Shown here: positions 9,882 to 18,440 of the stretch, piece after piece
How positions within the stretch are numbered: the first letter of the stretch is position 1
Layout: the number at the start of each line of letters is the position of its first letter
Source of the DNA: Vulcanimicrobiota bacterium
GTDB taxonomy: Bacteria; Vulcanimicrobiota; Vulcanimicrobiia; Vulcanimicrobiales; Vulcanimicrobiaceae
Assembly (NCBI GenBank): GCA_963777315.1
Contig: CAVZQC010000001.1
Location: forward strand, 224,001-288,000
DNA: 64,000 nucleotides
Direction of reading: 5' to 3'
Notes under the pieces: model-generated
The model's database searches: none
Told to the model about the DNA's origin: nothing
The model's input: only the letters and a program-made list of their open reading frames with translations
Program-made: the position numbers and the translations under genes

Positions 9882-10842
9882 GCAAGTCGCCTCGGGATCA
9901 AACGTGACGCACCGCATCGGAGCGCTGCGGCGCGAGATTTCGAATCGAACGCTCGCGAGAACGCTGCCGCCGGAACGCCAGTCGATTTTGGCGGACGTGG
10001 TGACGAAGCGAACGCTGGATCGGATCGCGGATTGGACGCTTGGCCAAGACGTATCGCCGGTTTTCGACTGGGTGGACACGGTCCTCAAGGAATATCCTCA
10101 GCAGAGCCGCTTGTACACCTTGCTGCCTTCGGCAGTCAGCGCAACGCTGGATGTCCTTTCCGAGGAGCCCGAATCCTTGGCGCCGGCGATTCGCGGCGAG
10201 CTGATGAATTTGCAGCAGCGAATCGACGTCCACATCGGCGCTTTTTGCACGAAGCGCCAAGAGAACGAACTGCGTGCCATCGATCCCGTCGATGCCAAAA
10301 TCGACGAGCTGCTGTTCAGGCTTTCTGCGCAGGATTCGCTTACGGCCGAACACTCGCGATCGGTGGGCATGTGGTGCTGGCGCATAGCCAAGCATCTTGC
10401 GTTACCGCGGGCTGAGTCGTACGTTATCATCCGCAGTGGTTTATTGCACGATGTCGGCAAGACGGCTACGCCCATAGAAATTTTGATGGCGCCGCGCAAA
10501 CTCACCGAAAAGGAATGGGAGATAATGCGCCAGCACGCCGTCCTGGGCGAGCGAATTATTCGGCGGACGTCAGAACTGCGGCAGTTCACGCCGGCGGTTC
10601 GCTCTCACCACGAACGATTCGACGGCGACGGATACCCGGACGGCTTAGAGCGCGGCTCGATTCCGTTTGCGGCGCGCATCGTCGCCGTGGCCGACGCGTT
10701 CAATGCGATGATTGCGCGGCGGCCCTACCGCAATCCCATGCCGCCGACGCACGCGATCGAGGAACTGAAACGAAACAGCGGGACCCAATTCGATCCCGCT
10801 GCCGTTGAAGCGATGATTGACGTCGTGCTTAGTGGCCGATGA
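9871..10842 (+). CDS. HD-GYP phosphodiesterase (c-di-GMP)
   Basis: EHSRSV, LLHDVGK, HHERFDGDGYPDGL, ADAFNAM, RPYR, GTQFDP. Confidence 0.9.
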   Translation: MLDRQVASGSNVTHRIGALRREISNRTLARTLPPERQSILADVVTKRTLDRIADWTLGQDVSPVFDWVDTVLKEYPQQSRLYTLLPSAVSATLDVLSEEPESLAPAIRGELMNLQQRIDVHIGAFCTKRQENELRAIDPVDAKIDELLFRLSAQDSLTAEHSRSVGMWCWRIAKHLALPRAESYVIIRSGLLHDVGKTATPIEILMAPRKLTEKEWEIMRQHAVLGERIIRRTSELRQFTPAVRSHHERFDGDGYPDGLERGSIPFAARIVAVADAFNAMIARRPYRNPMPPTHAIEELKRNSGTQFDPAAVEAMIDVVLSGR

Positions 10843-11254
10843 TCCGCATCAACCAAGAAACGTCGATAGTAAAGGCGCCTGACCCCGGAATACCCGAAAG
10901 CACAAGAAATTTCGGGAGGGCGCTCGCGCTGTCCATGCGATTGGGTCCGGGCAGGGCGCTCGCGCTGTCCATGCGATTGGGTCCGGGCAGGGCGCTCGCG
11001 CTGTCCATGCGATTGGGTCCGGGCAGGGCACTCGCGCTGTCCATGCGATTGGGTCCGGGCAGGGCACTCGCGCTGTCCATGCGATTGGGTCCGGGCAGGG
11101 CACTCGCGCTGTCCATGCGATTGGGTCCGGGCAGGGCACTCGCGCTGTCCATGCGATGGGGTGCGGGCAGGGCGCTGGCGCTGTCTGCTAACGCGGGGGC
11201 CGTAGCGCACACCAAAGCTATAGCACCAAAAACGAGCGTCTTATATGAGGTCAT
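10829..11254 (-). CDS. Secreted multi-core repeat peptide precursor (signal peptide + 8 x DSASALP)
   Basis: AGGAG RBS just upstream of ATG 11254; leader MTSYKTLVFGAIALVCATAPALA ends in an A-x-A site directly before the first DSASALP. Confidence 0.75.
   Translation of the reverse strand: MTSYKTLVFGAIALVCATAPALADSASALPAPHRMDSASALPGPNRMDSASALPGPNRMDSASALPGPNRMDSASALPGPNRMDSASALPGPNRMDSASALPGPNRMDSASALPKFLVLSGIPGSGAFTIDVSWLMRIIGH
10915..11185. repeat. 36-bp tandem repeat, 7 full units plus 1 partial
   Basis: Unit GCAGGGC(G/A)CTCGCGCTGTCCATGCGATTGGGTCCGG starting at 10915, 10951, 10987, 11023, 11059, 11095, 11131 and 11167 (partial); no spacers. Confidence 0.98.
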
Positions 11255-11386
11255 AAGGGCTCCTATAATAGCGAGAAAACGCGCAGCGTTATACGCGCTG
11301 CTTGTCATTATGCTATCTTGCTTGGAAGCAGTTGAAAGCTCTCATCGCTATCAGCAGTTGACGGCAGTGGGAACATAGAACTACCC

Positions 11387-11953
11387 GTGATGATAGGTAC
11401 GCGCCGGGCAGTATCTACCGTAGACCAACGGGCGCCGCTCTTACCCGACCATTTCGAGGTATTGCAGCGGCGGGCCACGCCTGCGCTGTTCGTCGTGGAC
11501 AAGCGCTTGCGGGTTATCTACTATCGCGCCGATCCTGCCGAACGGCGCAAAGAATTTCATCCCGCTCATGACGGCTCGCTGCCGCAAGCGATCGAGTATA
11601 CGGTCCTCAAGCTGCTGGCGCAGGCGGAGGACAGCATCGACGGCGTTCTTCGCGGTGCGGTCAGCGCCTCGGTGGCCGTTCGCGTGATCGAGCTCCACGG
11701 AACTCCGCCCGTCTACGCTATTATGGTCGAGCGTTTCGCGCTTCGCGATCACATGGAGACGCTTGCGAACCGCTTCAGCCTCTCCCCGCGCGAACGCCAA
11801 GTGCTCGGGCTGGTCGTCAAGGGGCTGCGCAACGAAGAGATCGCCCAGCACCTGTTCATCTCCAAATCTACCGCCATCTTCCACGTCAAACAATTGCTGA
11901 CCAAAACCGGGTCGCGCAACCGCACGGAAATGGTCGCCAAGATCATCGCTTAG
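11387..11953 (+). CDS. LuxR/CsgD-family HTH transcriptional regulator
   Basis: C-terminal LSPRERQVLGLVVKGLRNEEIAQHLFISKSTAIFHVKQLLTK; no receiver domain. Confidence 0.9.
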   Translation: MMIGTRRAVSTVDQRAPLLPDHFEVLQRRATPALFVVDKRLRVIYYRADPAERRKEFHPAHDGSLPQAIEYTVLKLLAQAEDSIDGVLRGAVSASVAVRVIELHGTPPVYAIMVERFALRDHMETLANRFSLSPRERQVLGLVVKGLRNEEIAQHLFISKSTAIFHVKQLLTKTGSRNRTEMVAKIIA

Positions 11954-12729
11954 AGCGAAAACTCCAAACCGTCCTCGGCTACCGTGATGCGGCCGCCGAA
12001 CTCTTGGGCGGCCGCCTGTTGCAGCTCGCGCGGATCGTTTTCGGCTCCGTAATGCGTGAGGAGCAAATGTTTGACGCCGGCCTGGGCCGCCATTTTCCCG
12101 GCTTCTCCTGCGTTCGAATGCCCGCGCGGACGGTGATCGCGCCCGCGTGGCCCCAGCGCGCACTCGCAAATAAAGAGATCGGCATCGCGCGCCGCGCGCA
12201 CGACGTCCGCGCTCGGAGCCGTGTCAGCCGAATACGCGATCGACGCTGCCTGGGTTGAAACGCGCATCGCATATGCTTGAACGTAATGGATCGTGCGCAT
12301 GAACCGGATCTCCAGATCGCCGACGGTCAGCGCTCCAGCGGGATCGTACTCGCGCAAGCGCATCGATGCGTCAAAGAAGCGTTGATTCTCTCCAACGGAT
12401 GCGGCAAGCCCGTACCTTTGCAGCCCTTCTATGCCTCCCGGATACACGTACACGTCCAGCGGAACGGCGCGCTTGGTGGGCGGAAGCGACGTGAGGTAGC
12501 GCAGCGGAATCAAGTCGACCACGTGATCGGCGTGCATGTGCGAAACGATCACGGCATCGAGCGCGGCCGGATCCGCAAAGCGCCGCATGCTCTGCACGGC
12601 GCCGCTTCCGCAATCCAGCGCAATCGACGTTCGGCCGGTTTGAATGAGATAGCAACTGCAGGCCGTGCCGGCGCGAGGCACTGCGGAGCTGGAACCGATC
12701 ACCCGAACGCGCAGCGCCGAACGCTTTAC
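11950..12729 (-). CDS. Metallo-beta-lactamase-fold hydrolase, RNase Z/YhfI-like (start uncertain)
   Basis: ACSCYL, LDCGSG, SHMHADH, YSADT, GHS and LTH motifs. Confidence 0.85.
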   Translation of the reverse strand, partial: VKRSALRVRVIGSSSAVPRAGTACSCYLIQTGRTSIALDCGSGAVQSMRRFADPAALDAVIVSHMHADHVVDLIPLRYLTSLPPTKRAVPLDVYVYPGGIEGLQRYGLAASVGENQRFFDASMRLREYDPAGALTVGDLEIRFMRTIHYVQAYAMRVSTQAASIAYSADTAPSADVVRAARDADLFICECALGPRGRDHRPRGHSNAGEAGKMAAQAGVKHLLLTHYGAENDPRELQQAAAQEFGGRITVAEDGLEFSL

Positions 12730-13181
12730 GGCAGCGACTCGTAGACCTCCCGCGCGTGACCGTCGACTTTGACCTTCGGCCATACCTTGGCAATCTTCCC
12801 CGATGCATCGATCAAAAACGTAGACCGCTGCACGCCCCTGGTTATTTTGCCGTACAAGCTCTTGTCGACGACGACTCCAAACGCCTCGCAAAGCAGTCCG
12901 TCCACGTCTGCAAGCAAGGTGAACGGAATGCCGTACTTGGTTTTGAACTTCTGATGCGAGGCGACGGTATCGCGGCTCACTCCCACGATCTTTACGCCCT
13001 TACGCGTGAAGCCGGCATAGGCGTCGCGAAACTGCGACGCTTCGCTCGTTCAGCCGGGCGTGTCGTCTTTGGGATAAAACCACAGAACCAGGGGGCTCCC
13101 GAGCAGGTCGCCCGTGCCGATCGTTTTACCTGCATCGTCGAGCACGTTGACACGGGGCATCTGCGTACCTTCGGTTAACAT
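12726..13181 (-). CDS. bcp: BCP/PrxQ peroxiredoxin with in-frame TGA (probable selenocysteine) at the peroxidatic position
   Basis: ORFs 13050..13478 and 12726..12986 share a frame: FYPKDDTPG-TGA-TSEASQFRD...GVSRD...RSTFLID; AGGAG RBS before ATG 13181. Confidence 0.85.
13021..13040 (-). promoter_or_regulatory. Putative bacterial SECIS hairpin
   Basis: GCGTCGC-AGTTTC-GCGACGC perfect 7-bp stem starting 9 nt after the TGA; G is the second loop base. Confidence 0.65.
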
Positions 13182-13297
13182 GGCGCTCCTCTCAAACCGA
13201 TCTTTGGAACGGGAAAATCCTGGACCGGCTCGAGGTTCCCTGCCTCGCCGGCAAAGAGTACCGCACGGCGCGGCCTTTGAATACAGAGCGCAGCACA

Positions 13298-13861
13298 ATG
13301 GAAGCTTCAAGCAGCGTCGGCGCGCACCCCCTGGCCGATGCGCTGATCGAACGGCTGCGCGGGCGCGGCGCGCGCGTTCTCGAACTAGGCGCCGGAAGCG
13401 GCCGCAACACGGCCGCACTGCAGGCTGCCGGTTTCGACGTGCGGGCGATACGCGACGACGACGTGCCTGAAATTGCACCAGGCGATGGAGCGTTCGACGC
13501 CGCGCTCAGCACTCACGCACTGTTGCACGGCACCCCTGCCGCCATCGCGTGTACCGTGCAAAAAACTGCGCGAGCACTCAAGCCGCATGCGCCGTTCTAT
13601 TGCACCTTCTCCTCCAAGCGTGACGCGCGCTGCGGTCGGGGCAGGCGGATCGCCGATGATACGTACGCCCCGCTGAGCGGCGACGAGGCCGGCGTGCCGC
13701 ACGCGTATTTCGACGAGGCCGGCTTACGTGCGATGCTGCAGCAGTGGTACGAAGTCGAGTCGCTGCAGGAGCACGAAGTGGACACTATCGTCGGACGGTG
13801 GGCGCACGCGCAGCCGCGGTCGGGCGCCGTCCACTGGTTTTTGCGCGCGCGGAAACTTTAG
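13298..13861 (+). CDS. Class I SAM-dependent methyltransferase
   Basis: [11 protein letters not shown] motif I; FDAALS; ALKP. Confidence 0.8.
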   Translation: MEASSSVGAHPLADALIERLRGRGARVLELGAGSGRNTAALQAAGFDVRAIRDDDVPEIAPGDGAFDAALSTHALLHGTPAAIACTVQKTARALKPHAPFYCTFSSKRDARCGRGRRIADDTYAPLSGDEAGVPHAYFDEAGLRAMLQQWYEVESLQEHEVDTIVGRWAHAQPRSGAVHWFLRARKL

Positions 13862-14643
13862 TTCTTTTGAAGAGCGATCATTCCGCGCATCGGACTGGAC
13901 GCGTTCGCGTGCAGCCGCTTTTCCATGCGTCCCGATAAAAACGCCATCCGGCCCGCCTGCACGGCGTATTGCATCGCGCGCGCCATCTGCACCGGATCCC
14001 CGGCGCAGGCGATCCCGGTGTTCATGAGCACTGCATCGGCTCCCAGTTCCATCGCAATCGCCGCATCGCTCGCCGTGCCGACGCCGGCATCCACGATGAC
14101 GGGCACCGTGGCGCGCTCTTTGATGATCGTCAAAGAATACGGATTGCACACGCCCAACCCGCTTCCGATGGGCGCCGCCAGCGGCATCACGGCGGCGCAG
14201 CCTTCTTCTTCGAGCTGTTTGCACGCGACCGGATCGTCGACCACGTACGGCAGCACCGTGAATCCCTCTTTGACCAGCTGCGCTGCGGCGGAAAGCGTTT
14301 CCCGGGTGTCGGGATACAGCGTGCGAGTATCGCCGATCACTTCGAGTTTGATCAAATCCGTGGCAAGCAGCTCGCGCGCCAGCTGAGCGGTCAGAACCGC
14401 TTCCTTTGCGGTAAAGCAGCCCGCGGTGTTCGGCAAGATCGTGTACGCGTCGCGATCGATGTAGTCGAGCATCGTCTTACCGCTTGCGTCGTCGAAATTG
14501 ATGCGCCGAATAGCGACGGTCACCATTTGCGCGCCGGAGGCTCGATGCGCCGCCTGCATCGTCTGGAGCGACGGGTACTTGGCGGTCCCGACGATGAGGC
14601 GTGAGGAGAATGTGGATGTTCCGATCTGCAGTACGTCGTTCAT
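13858..14643 (-). CDS. thiG: Thiazole synthase
   Basis: [40 protein letters not shown]. Confidence 0.97.
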   Translation of the reverse strand: MNDVLQIGTSTFSSRLIVGTAKYPSLQTMQAAHRASGAQMVTVAIRRINFDDASGKTMLDYIDRDAYTILPNTAGCFTAKEAVLTAQLARELLATDLIKLEVIGDTRTLYPDTRETLSAAAQLVKEGFTVLPYVVDDPVACKQLEEEGCAAVMPLAAPIGSGLGVCNPYSLTIIKERATVPVIVDAGVGTASDAAIAMELGADAVLMNTGIACAGDPVQMARAMQYAVQAGRMAFLSGRMEKRLHANASSPMRGMIALQKN

Positions 14644-14659
14644 TGTGTCCTCGATGCGG

Positions 14660-14860
14660 TCAGCCGCCCGCCGCGGCTTTGATGATTTCGATGCGATCGC
14701 CCTCTCGAACGAGCTCTTCGTCGTATGCGGAACGGCGCACGACGCAGTCGTTCTTCGCAACGGCGATTCCCTTTGGCGGCGCTTGCACGCGCACGAGCAG
14801 CTGCGACACGGTCATGCCGTCGGGCAATTCCTGTTCGCTGCCGTTGATCGAAGCTTTCAC
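14660..14860 (-). CDS. thiS: Sulfur carrier protein
   Basis: 66 aa, INGSEQE...[13 protein letters not shown] with C-terminal GG; lies between thiO and thiG. Confidence 0.92.
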   Translation of the reverse strand: MKASINGSEQELPDGMTVSQLLVRVQAPPKGIAVAKNDCVVRRSAYDEELVREGDRIEIIKAAAGG

Positions 14861-14874
14861 CGACCCGAGTTTCG

Positions 14875-16005
14875 CTACGCGATGCCCGCTTTCGTTCCCA
14901 GGCGCGCAAGATCGAACGCAACGAGGCGCTCGGGGCTCGCTCCCTCCACGACGTCGGCCAGCAAGCGCGCGGTGATGGGCGCGAGCAGAATGCCGTTGCG
15001 ATAGTGTCCGGCGGCCAGGAAATAGCCTTGCCGAAGCGTTGCGCCCAGGAAGGGCCTGCCGTCCGGCGTTGCCGGACGCAGCCCTGCCCACATTTCGCTC
15101 ACCGCAAAGTCTTGTAACGCAGGGGCTGCCGCAACGGCCGCATGCAGCAAAGCATGCACGCCGCCCGCGGTTACGCGAAGGTCCGCGACCTGCTCCACCG
15201 TTGCGCCCACGAGAAGCCGCCCATCGCTGCGCGGCACCAAATACGCGCCCGGAACCCATGTCGTGCGGCGCATGAAGCCGGCCGGAATCGTAATGGCGAT
15301 CATTTGACCCTTGACCGGACGCACGGGCGGCACGCATTCCGCGGGAACCCCCTCGATCTCGCCGGCCCACGCGCCGGCCGCATTGATTACCGCCCCCGCC
15401 GGCTCGTAGCCAAGATCGGAGTGCACTCCCAAAACGCGGCGCGCATCGAATTGCAGCCCCACCGATGCGAGTTCGCTGCGCACGACGACGCCGCGCGCGC
15501 GGCATGCGGCGGTAAGCGCGCGCCCCAGTCGACGATTGTCGATTTGGCCTTCACCGTGCACTAACAGCGCGCCGGCGACGTTTTTGCTTAGAGCCGGCTC
15601 GGCCAGCAGCGTGTGATTCCGATCGAGCAGCGTTGCCGAATTGCCGGCGGCGTGCAGTTCGGCGCACCGCCGCGCCAGCGCAGCATACTGCTCGGCTGAA
15701 TACGCCGCGTGCAGAATGCCGTCCAGCCGCAAATGCGGATCGACGCCGCCGGCGTCGCGCACGGACTGCGCAAAAGCCGGATACAGCGCCAGCGACTGCC
15801 CGCACAGCGACTGCAGCGGTTCGTCGGGCAAACTCTCGGTCAACGGAGCCAGCATTCCGGCTGCGGCCCACGATGCGGCTCGCGCCGGTTCTGCCGTATC
15901 GTAGACGCGCACGGCTGCGCCGCGCGATGCCAGTTCGAACGCAATCGATAATCCGATGATCCCGGCGCCGACGATGGCTACGTCGCCGGAAGCGCGCGAC
16001 TGCAT
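14875..16005 (-). CDS. thiO: Glycine oxidase
   Basis: GAGIIG, ASWAAAGML, PVKGQ, GLRP, GHYRNGILLAP. Confidence 0.95.
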   Translation of the reverse strand: MQSRASGDVAIVGAGIIGLSIAFELASRGAAVRVYDTAEPARAASWAAAGMLAPLTESLPDEPLQSLCGQSLALYPAFAQSVRDAGGVDPHLRLDGILHAAYSAEQYAALARRCAELHAAGNSATLLDRNHTLLAEPALSKNVAGALLVHGEGQIDNRRLGRALTAACRARGVVVRSELASVGLQFDARRVLGVHSDLGYEPAGAVINAAGAWAGEIEGVPAECVPPVRPVKGQMIAITIPAGFMRRTTWVPGAYLVPRSDGRLLVGATVEQVADLRVTAGGVHALLHAAVAAAPALQDFAVSEMWAGLRPATPDGRPFLGATLRQGYFLAAGHYRNGILLAPITARLLADVVEGASPERLVAFDLARLGTKAGIA

Positions 16006-16782
16006 CTATCGCGCCCCGTGCAAAAAAGCTCGAATCGTGACGGGCTGCTCGATTTCGAACGCGGTCAAGGTCATATATCGACCGGTCTTGGCCGACGGAG
16101 CGCTGATGATCGCTTTGCTCACGACGATGCCGCGCAGCACGCCGGCGCGGTCGAATGCTCCGGCGCCCGAATCGCCCCGATCGCAGGTCGGGCAGAACAG
16201 CAGCGTGCCGTAGAGATGCCGTTCGGCGATTCCGGGCGACGCGGTCCAGCTCTTGGCACCGGGATGCCCCATAACCACGAATTGCTGACCCGTGGCAAGC
16301 GCCGCATTGCCCACGCGCGCCGTGGGATATGCCGTCAGAGGTACCGGTTCAACGTATACCAGCGCGAGATCGGCGCGGCGGTCGCGAACGATCCGTATCG
16401 CCCGCCGAACCGTGTGGTCCGGGAAGATGACGAACTTGCGCCCGGCGTGCGCGACGATGTGCTTGGCGGTAAGTATCTCGATGCGCGAGTTGCGCACGCG
16501 CACGATGACGCCCGCTCCCATGTATGCGCTATGCTGCGAAGTCCGGGCTGCAACAATTACCGTTTGCTCGCGCAGGCGTTCGGCAAGTCCGCTGCTTTCG
16601 CGCACGCGATACGATTCTTGAATCAGCCCTGCGTCGATGAAGAGATCTTTTTGCCGAGCTGCGTAGAGGATCAGACCCTTGCCGGCGTCGGGAAACGCTC
16701 GCGCCATCTGCCAAATGCCCTCGCCGAGCAGGCTGAGCACGGCGAGCAGCACGACGAGCGAAAAATCGACCCGGGTTTTCAC
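16006..16782 (-). CDS. Membrane-anchored trypsin-like serine protease
   Basis: N-terminal hydrophobic helix; TAKH, DLAL and GDSGAG catalytic motifs. Confidence 0.75.
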   Translation of the reverse strand: MKTRVDFSLVVLLAVLSLLGEGIWQMARAFPDAGKGLILYAARQKDLFIDAGLIQESYRVRESSGLAERLREQTVIVAARTSQHSAYMGAGVIVRVRNSRIEILTAKHIVAHAGRKFVIFPDHTVRRAIRIVRDRRADLALVYVEPVPLTAYPTARVGNAALATGQQFVVMGHPGAKSWTASPGIAERHLYGTLLFCPTCDRGDSGAGAFDRAGVLRGIVVSKAIISAPSAKTGRYMTLTAFEIEQPVTIRAFLHGAR

Positions 16783-18434
16783 ATCGCGGTGTACACCGGC
16801 CCTTCGCCGCCCTGCGGAGGGACCCATGTGATGATTTGATAGGGATCGGCGATATCGCAGGTTTTGCAATGCACGCAATTCGTGAAATTGACGACGAGTT
16901 GTCCCTGTACCTCACCTGAATCCGCTTTTTCGAATTGCGGTTCGTACACTTGCGCGGGACAGAAATACTCGCAAGGGTTGCCGTACTCGACCGTGCAGCG
17001 GTCGCGGCAGATGTTGGTATCTGCCACGTGCAGGTGGCTGGGTTGATCTTCTTCGTGCATCGTGCCGCTGTTGTACACGTCGGTGAGTTTGTCGAAGGTG
17101 ACGACGTTGTCGATGACGGCGCGCTGCGTAGGCCGCGGCTTGTAGCCGCGCTTTTCCATGCGTTCGAATCCGGGCTCTCCGCGCAGTCGATCAGCAACGC
17201 CGAAAGCGCGGCCTTTGGTGAACATCCCCAGGCCGGTGTTGAGCACGCCGTTGATCAGGCCGTTTCTGAAACCTTGATGAAAATTGCGCGCCGAATACAG
17301 TTCGTCGTATGCCCACGACGTTTCGAACTTGCGCTGCATTGCCGACAGCTGCTCTGCATCGAAACGGCCCGCCTGCAGCGCCTCGAACGCGGTTTGCGCG
17401 GCCAGCATGCCCGACTTGGCGGCCAAGTGCACGCCCTTGAGGCGCATGCCGTTCAAGAAACCCGCCGAATCGCCGATCAAAAGCAAGCCGTCGGCGTACA
17501 AGCGCGGCATCGCGTACAGACCGCCCTCGGGGATCGCTTTTGCGCCGTACCGCAACAGCTGTGCGCCTTCGAGCAGCCGGCGCACCGCCGGCTGCGATTT
17601 GAAGAGTTGAAAGACGTCGTGCGGATCGGTAGTGGGATCCTTATAGTCCAGACCGGTGACGAACCCGATGTCCAGGATGTCGCCGGCCATGCCGTAGATG
17701 AATCCGCCGCCGAACGTGTCGTTGGGAAGCGGATAGCCCATCGTGTGGATCACGCTTCCGGGCTGTACGCGCCCGGGCGGACACTGCCAAAGCTCTTTCA
17801 CGCCCGCGGCGTAGACTTGGGGTTCGCGCCCCGCATCCAGATCGAGCCGCGGAATCGCCTGCTTTGCGAGCGTTCCGCGCGGACCTTCCCCCAGCACGAC
17901 GATCTTTGCGAAAATGTCCGCGCCCGGCTCGTAGTTGGCTTTGGGTTTGCCGCTGCGGTCAATGCCTTTGTCGCCGGTGCGCACGCCGATAACGCGGTCG
18001 CCTTCCCACAGCAGCTGCTGACCCGGAAATTCGCCGAAGACCTGCGCGCCCGCATCCTCGGCGGTGCGTGCCAACCATGTGACGATCTTCTGCAGCGACA
18101 CGACGTATTTTCCGCGATTGTTCATCATCGGCGGCACCATCGGCGCTTTGATTCGCCCGCTCTGCGTGAGCAGCCACAACTGATCGCTGCTGACGGCAGC
18201 TTCGAGCGGCGCTTGCTCGCGCCACCCCTCGAGCAGCTCGTCGAGCGCCTTGGGATCCATCACCGCACCGGAGAGCGCGTGGTTGCCGATTTCGCCGGCT
18301 TTGTCGATGACCAGAATTTCGATTTCCTTGCCGGCCGCTTTGGCCAGCTGCGCCAGCGCAATCGCGCCCGCAAGACTTGCCGGGCCGGCGCCGACGAACA
18401 GCACGTCTACTTCGAGCGAATCGCGTTCGGGCAT
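16779..18434 (-). CDS. Electron transfer flavoprotein:quinone oxidoreductase
   Basis: VGAGPA, AIPEGG, KGVHLA; C-terminal CPAQVYE and NCVHCKTCDI Fe-S motif. Confidence 0.95.
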   Translation of the reverse strand: MPERDSLEVDVLFVGAGPASLAGAIALAQLAKAAGKEIEILVIDKAGEIGNHALSGAVMDPKALDELLEGWREQAPLEAAVSSDQLWLLTQSGRIKAPMVPPMMNNRGKYVVSLQKIVTWLARTAEDAGAQVFGEFPGQQLLWEGDRVIGVRTGDKGIDRSGKPKANYEPGADIFAKIVVLGEGPRGTLAKQAIPRLDLDAGREPQVYAAGVKELWQCPPGRVQPGSVIHTMGYPLPNDTFGGGFIYGMAGDILDIGFVTGLDYKDPTTDPHDVFQLFKSQPAVRRLLEGAQLLRYGAKAIPEGGLYAMPRLYADGLLLIGDSAGFLNGMRLKGVHLAAKSGMLAAQTAFEALQAGRFDAEQLSAMQRKFETSWAYDELYSARNFHQGFRNGLINGVLNTGLGMFTKGRAFGVADRLRGEPGFERMEKRGYKPRPTQRAVIDNVVTFDKLTDVYNSGTMHEEDQPSHLHVADTNICRDRCTVEYGNPCEYFCPAQVYEPQFEKADSGEVQGQLVVNFTNCVHCKTCDIADPYQIITWVPPQGGEGPVYTAM

Positions 18435-18440
18435 GATGTT

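Noticed and set aside
10915..11185. 36-bp repeat as a CRISPR array
   Set aside because: Units are head to tail with no unique spacers, there are no cas genes, and the length is a multiple of 3 inside an ORF with RBS and signal peptide.
10725..11378. Other repeat-spanning ORFs (10839..11378 +, 10725..11210 -, 10849..11139 -), including Cys-rich CPDPIAW repeats as a RiPP
   Set aside because: They are open only because the repeat lacks stops; none has the RBS plus signal peptide of the DSASALP frame.
12726..13181. bcp as a nonsense pseudogene
   Set aside because: The only stop is TGA at the catalytic Cys codon with a downstream hairpin, which fits selenocysteine better.
13298..13861. Methyltransferase as a selenium-detoxifying TehB partner of the Sec peroxiredoxin
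   Set aside because: Only generic SAM motifs are visible, and adjacency alone is insufficient.
14660..16100. TPP riboswitch upstream of thiO-thiS-thiG
   Set aside because: thiO abuts the upstream protease gene with no intergenic space and no TPP consensus is visible.
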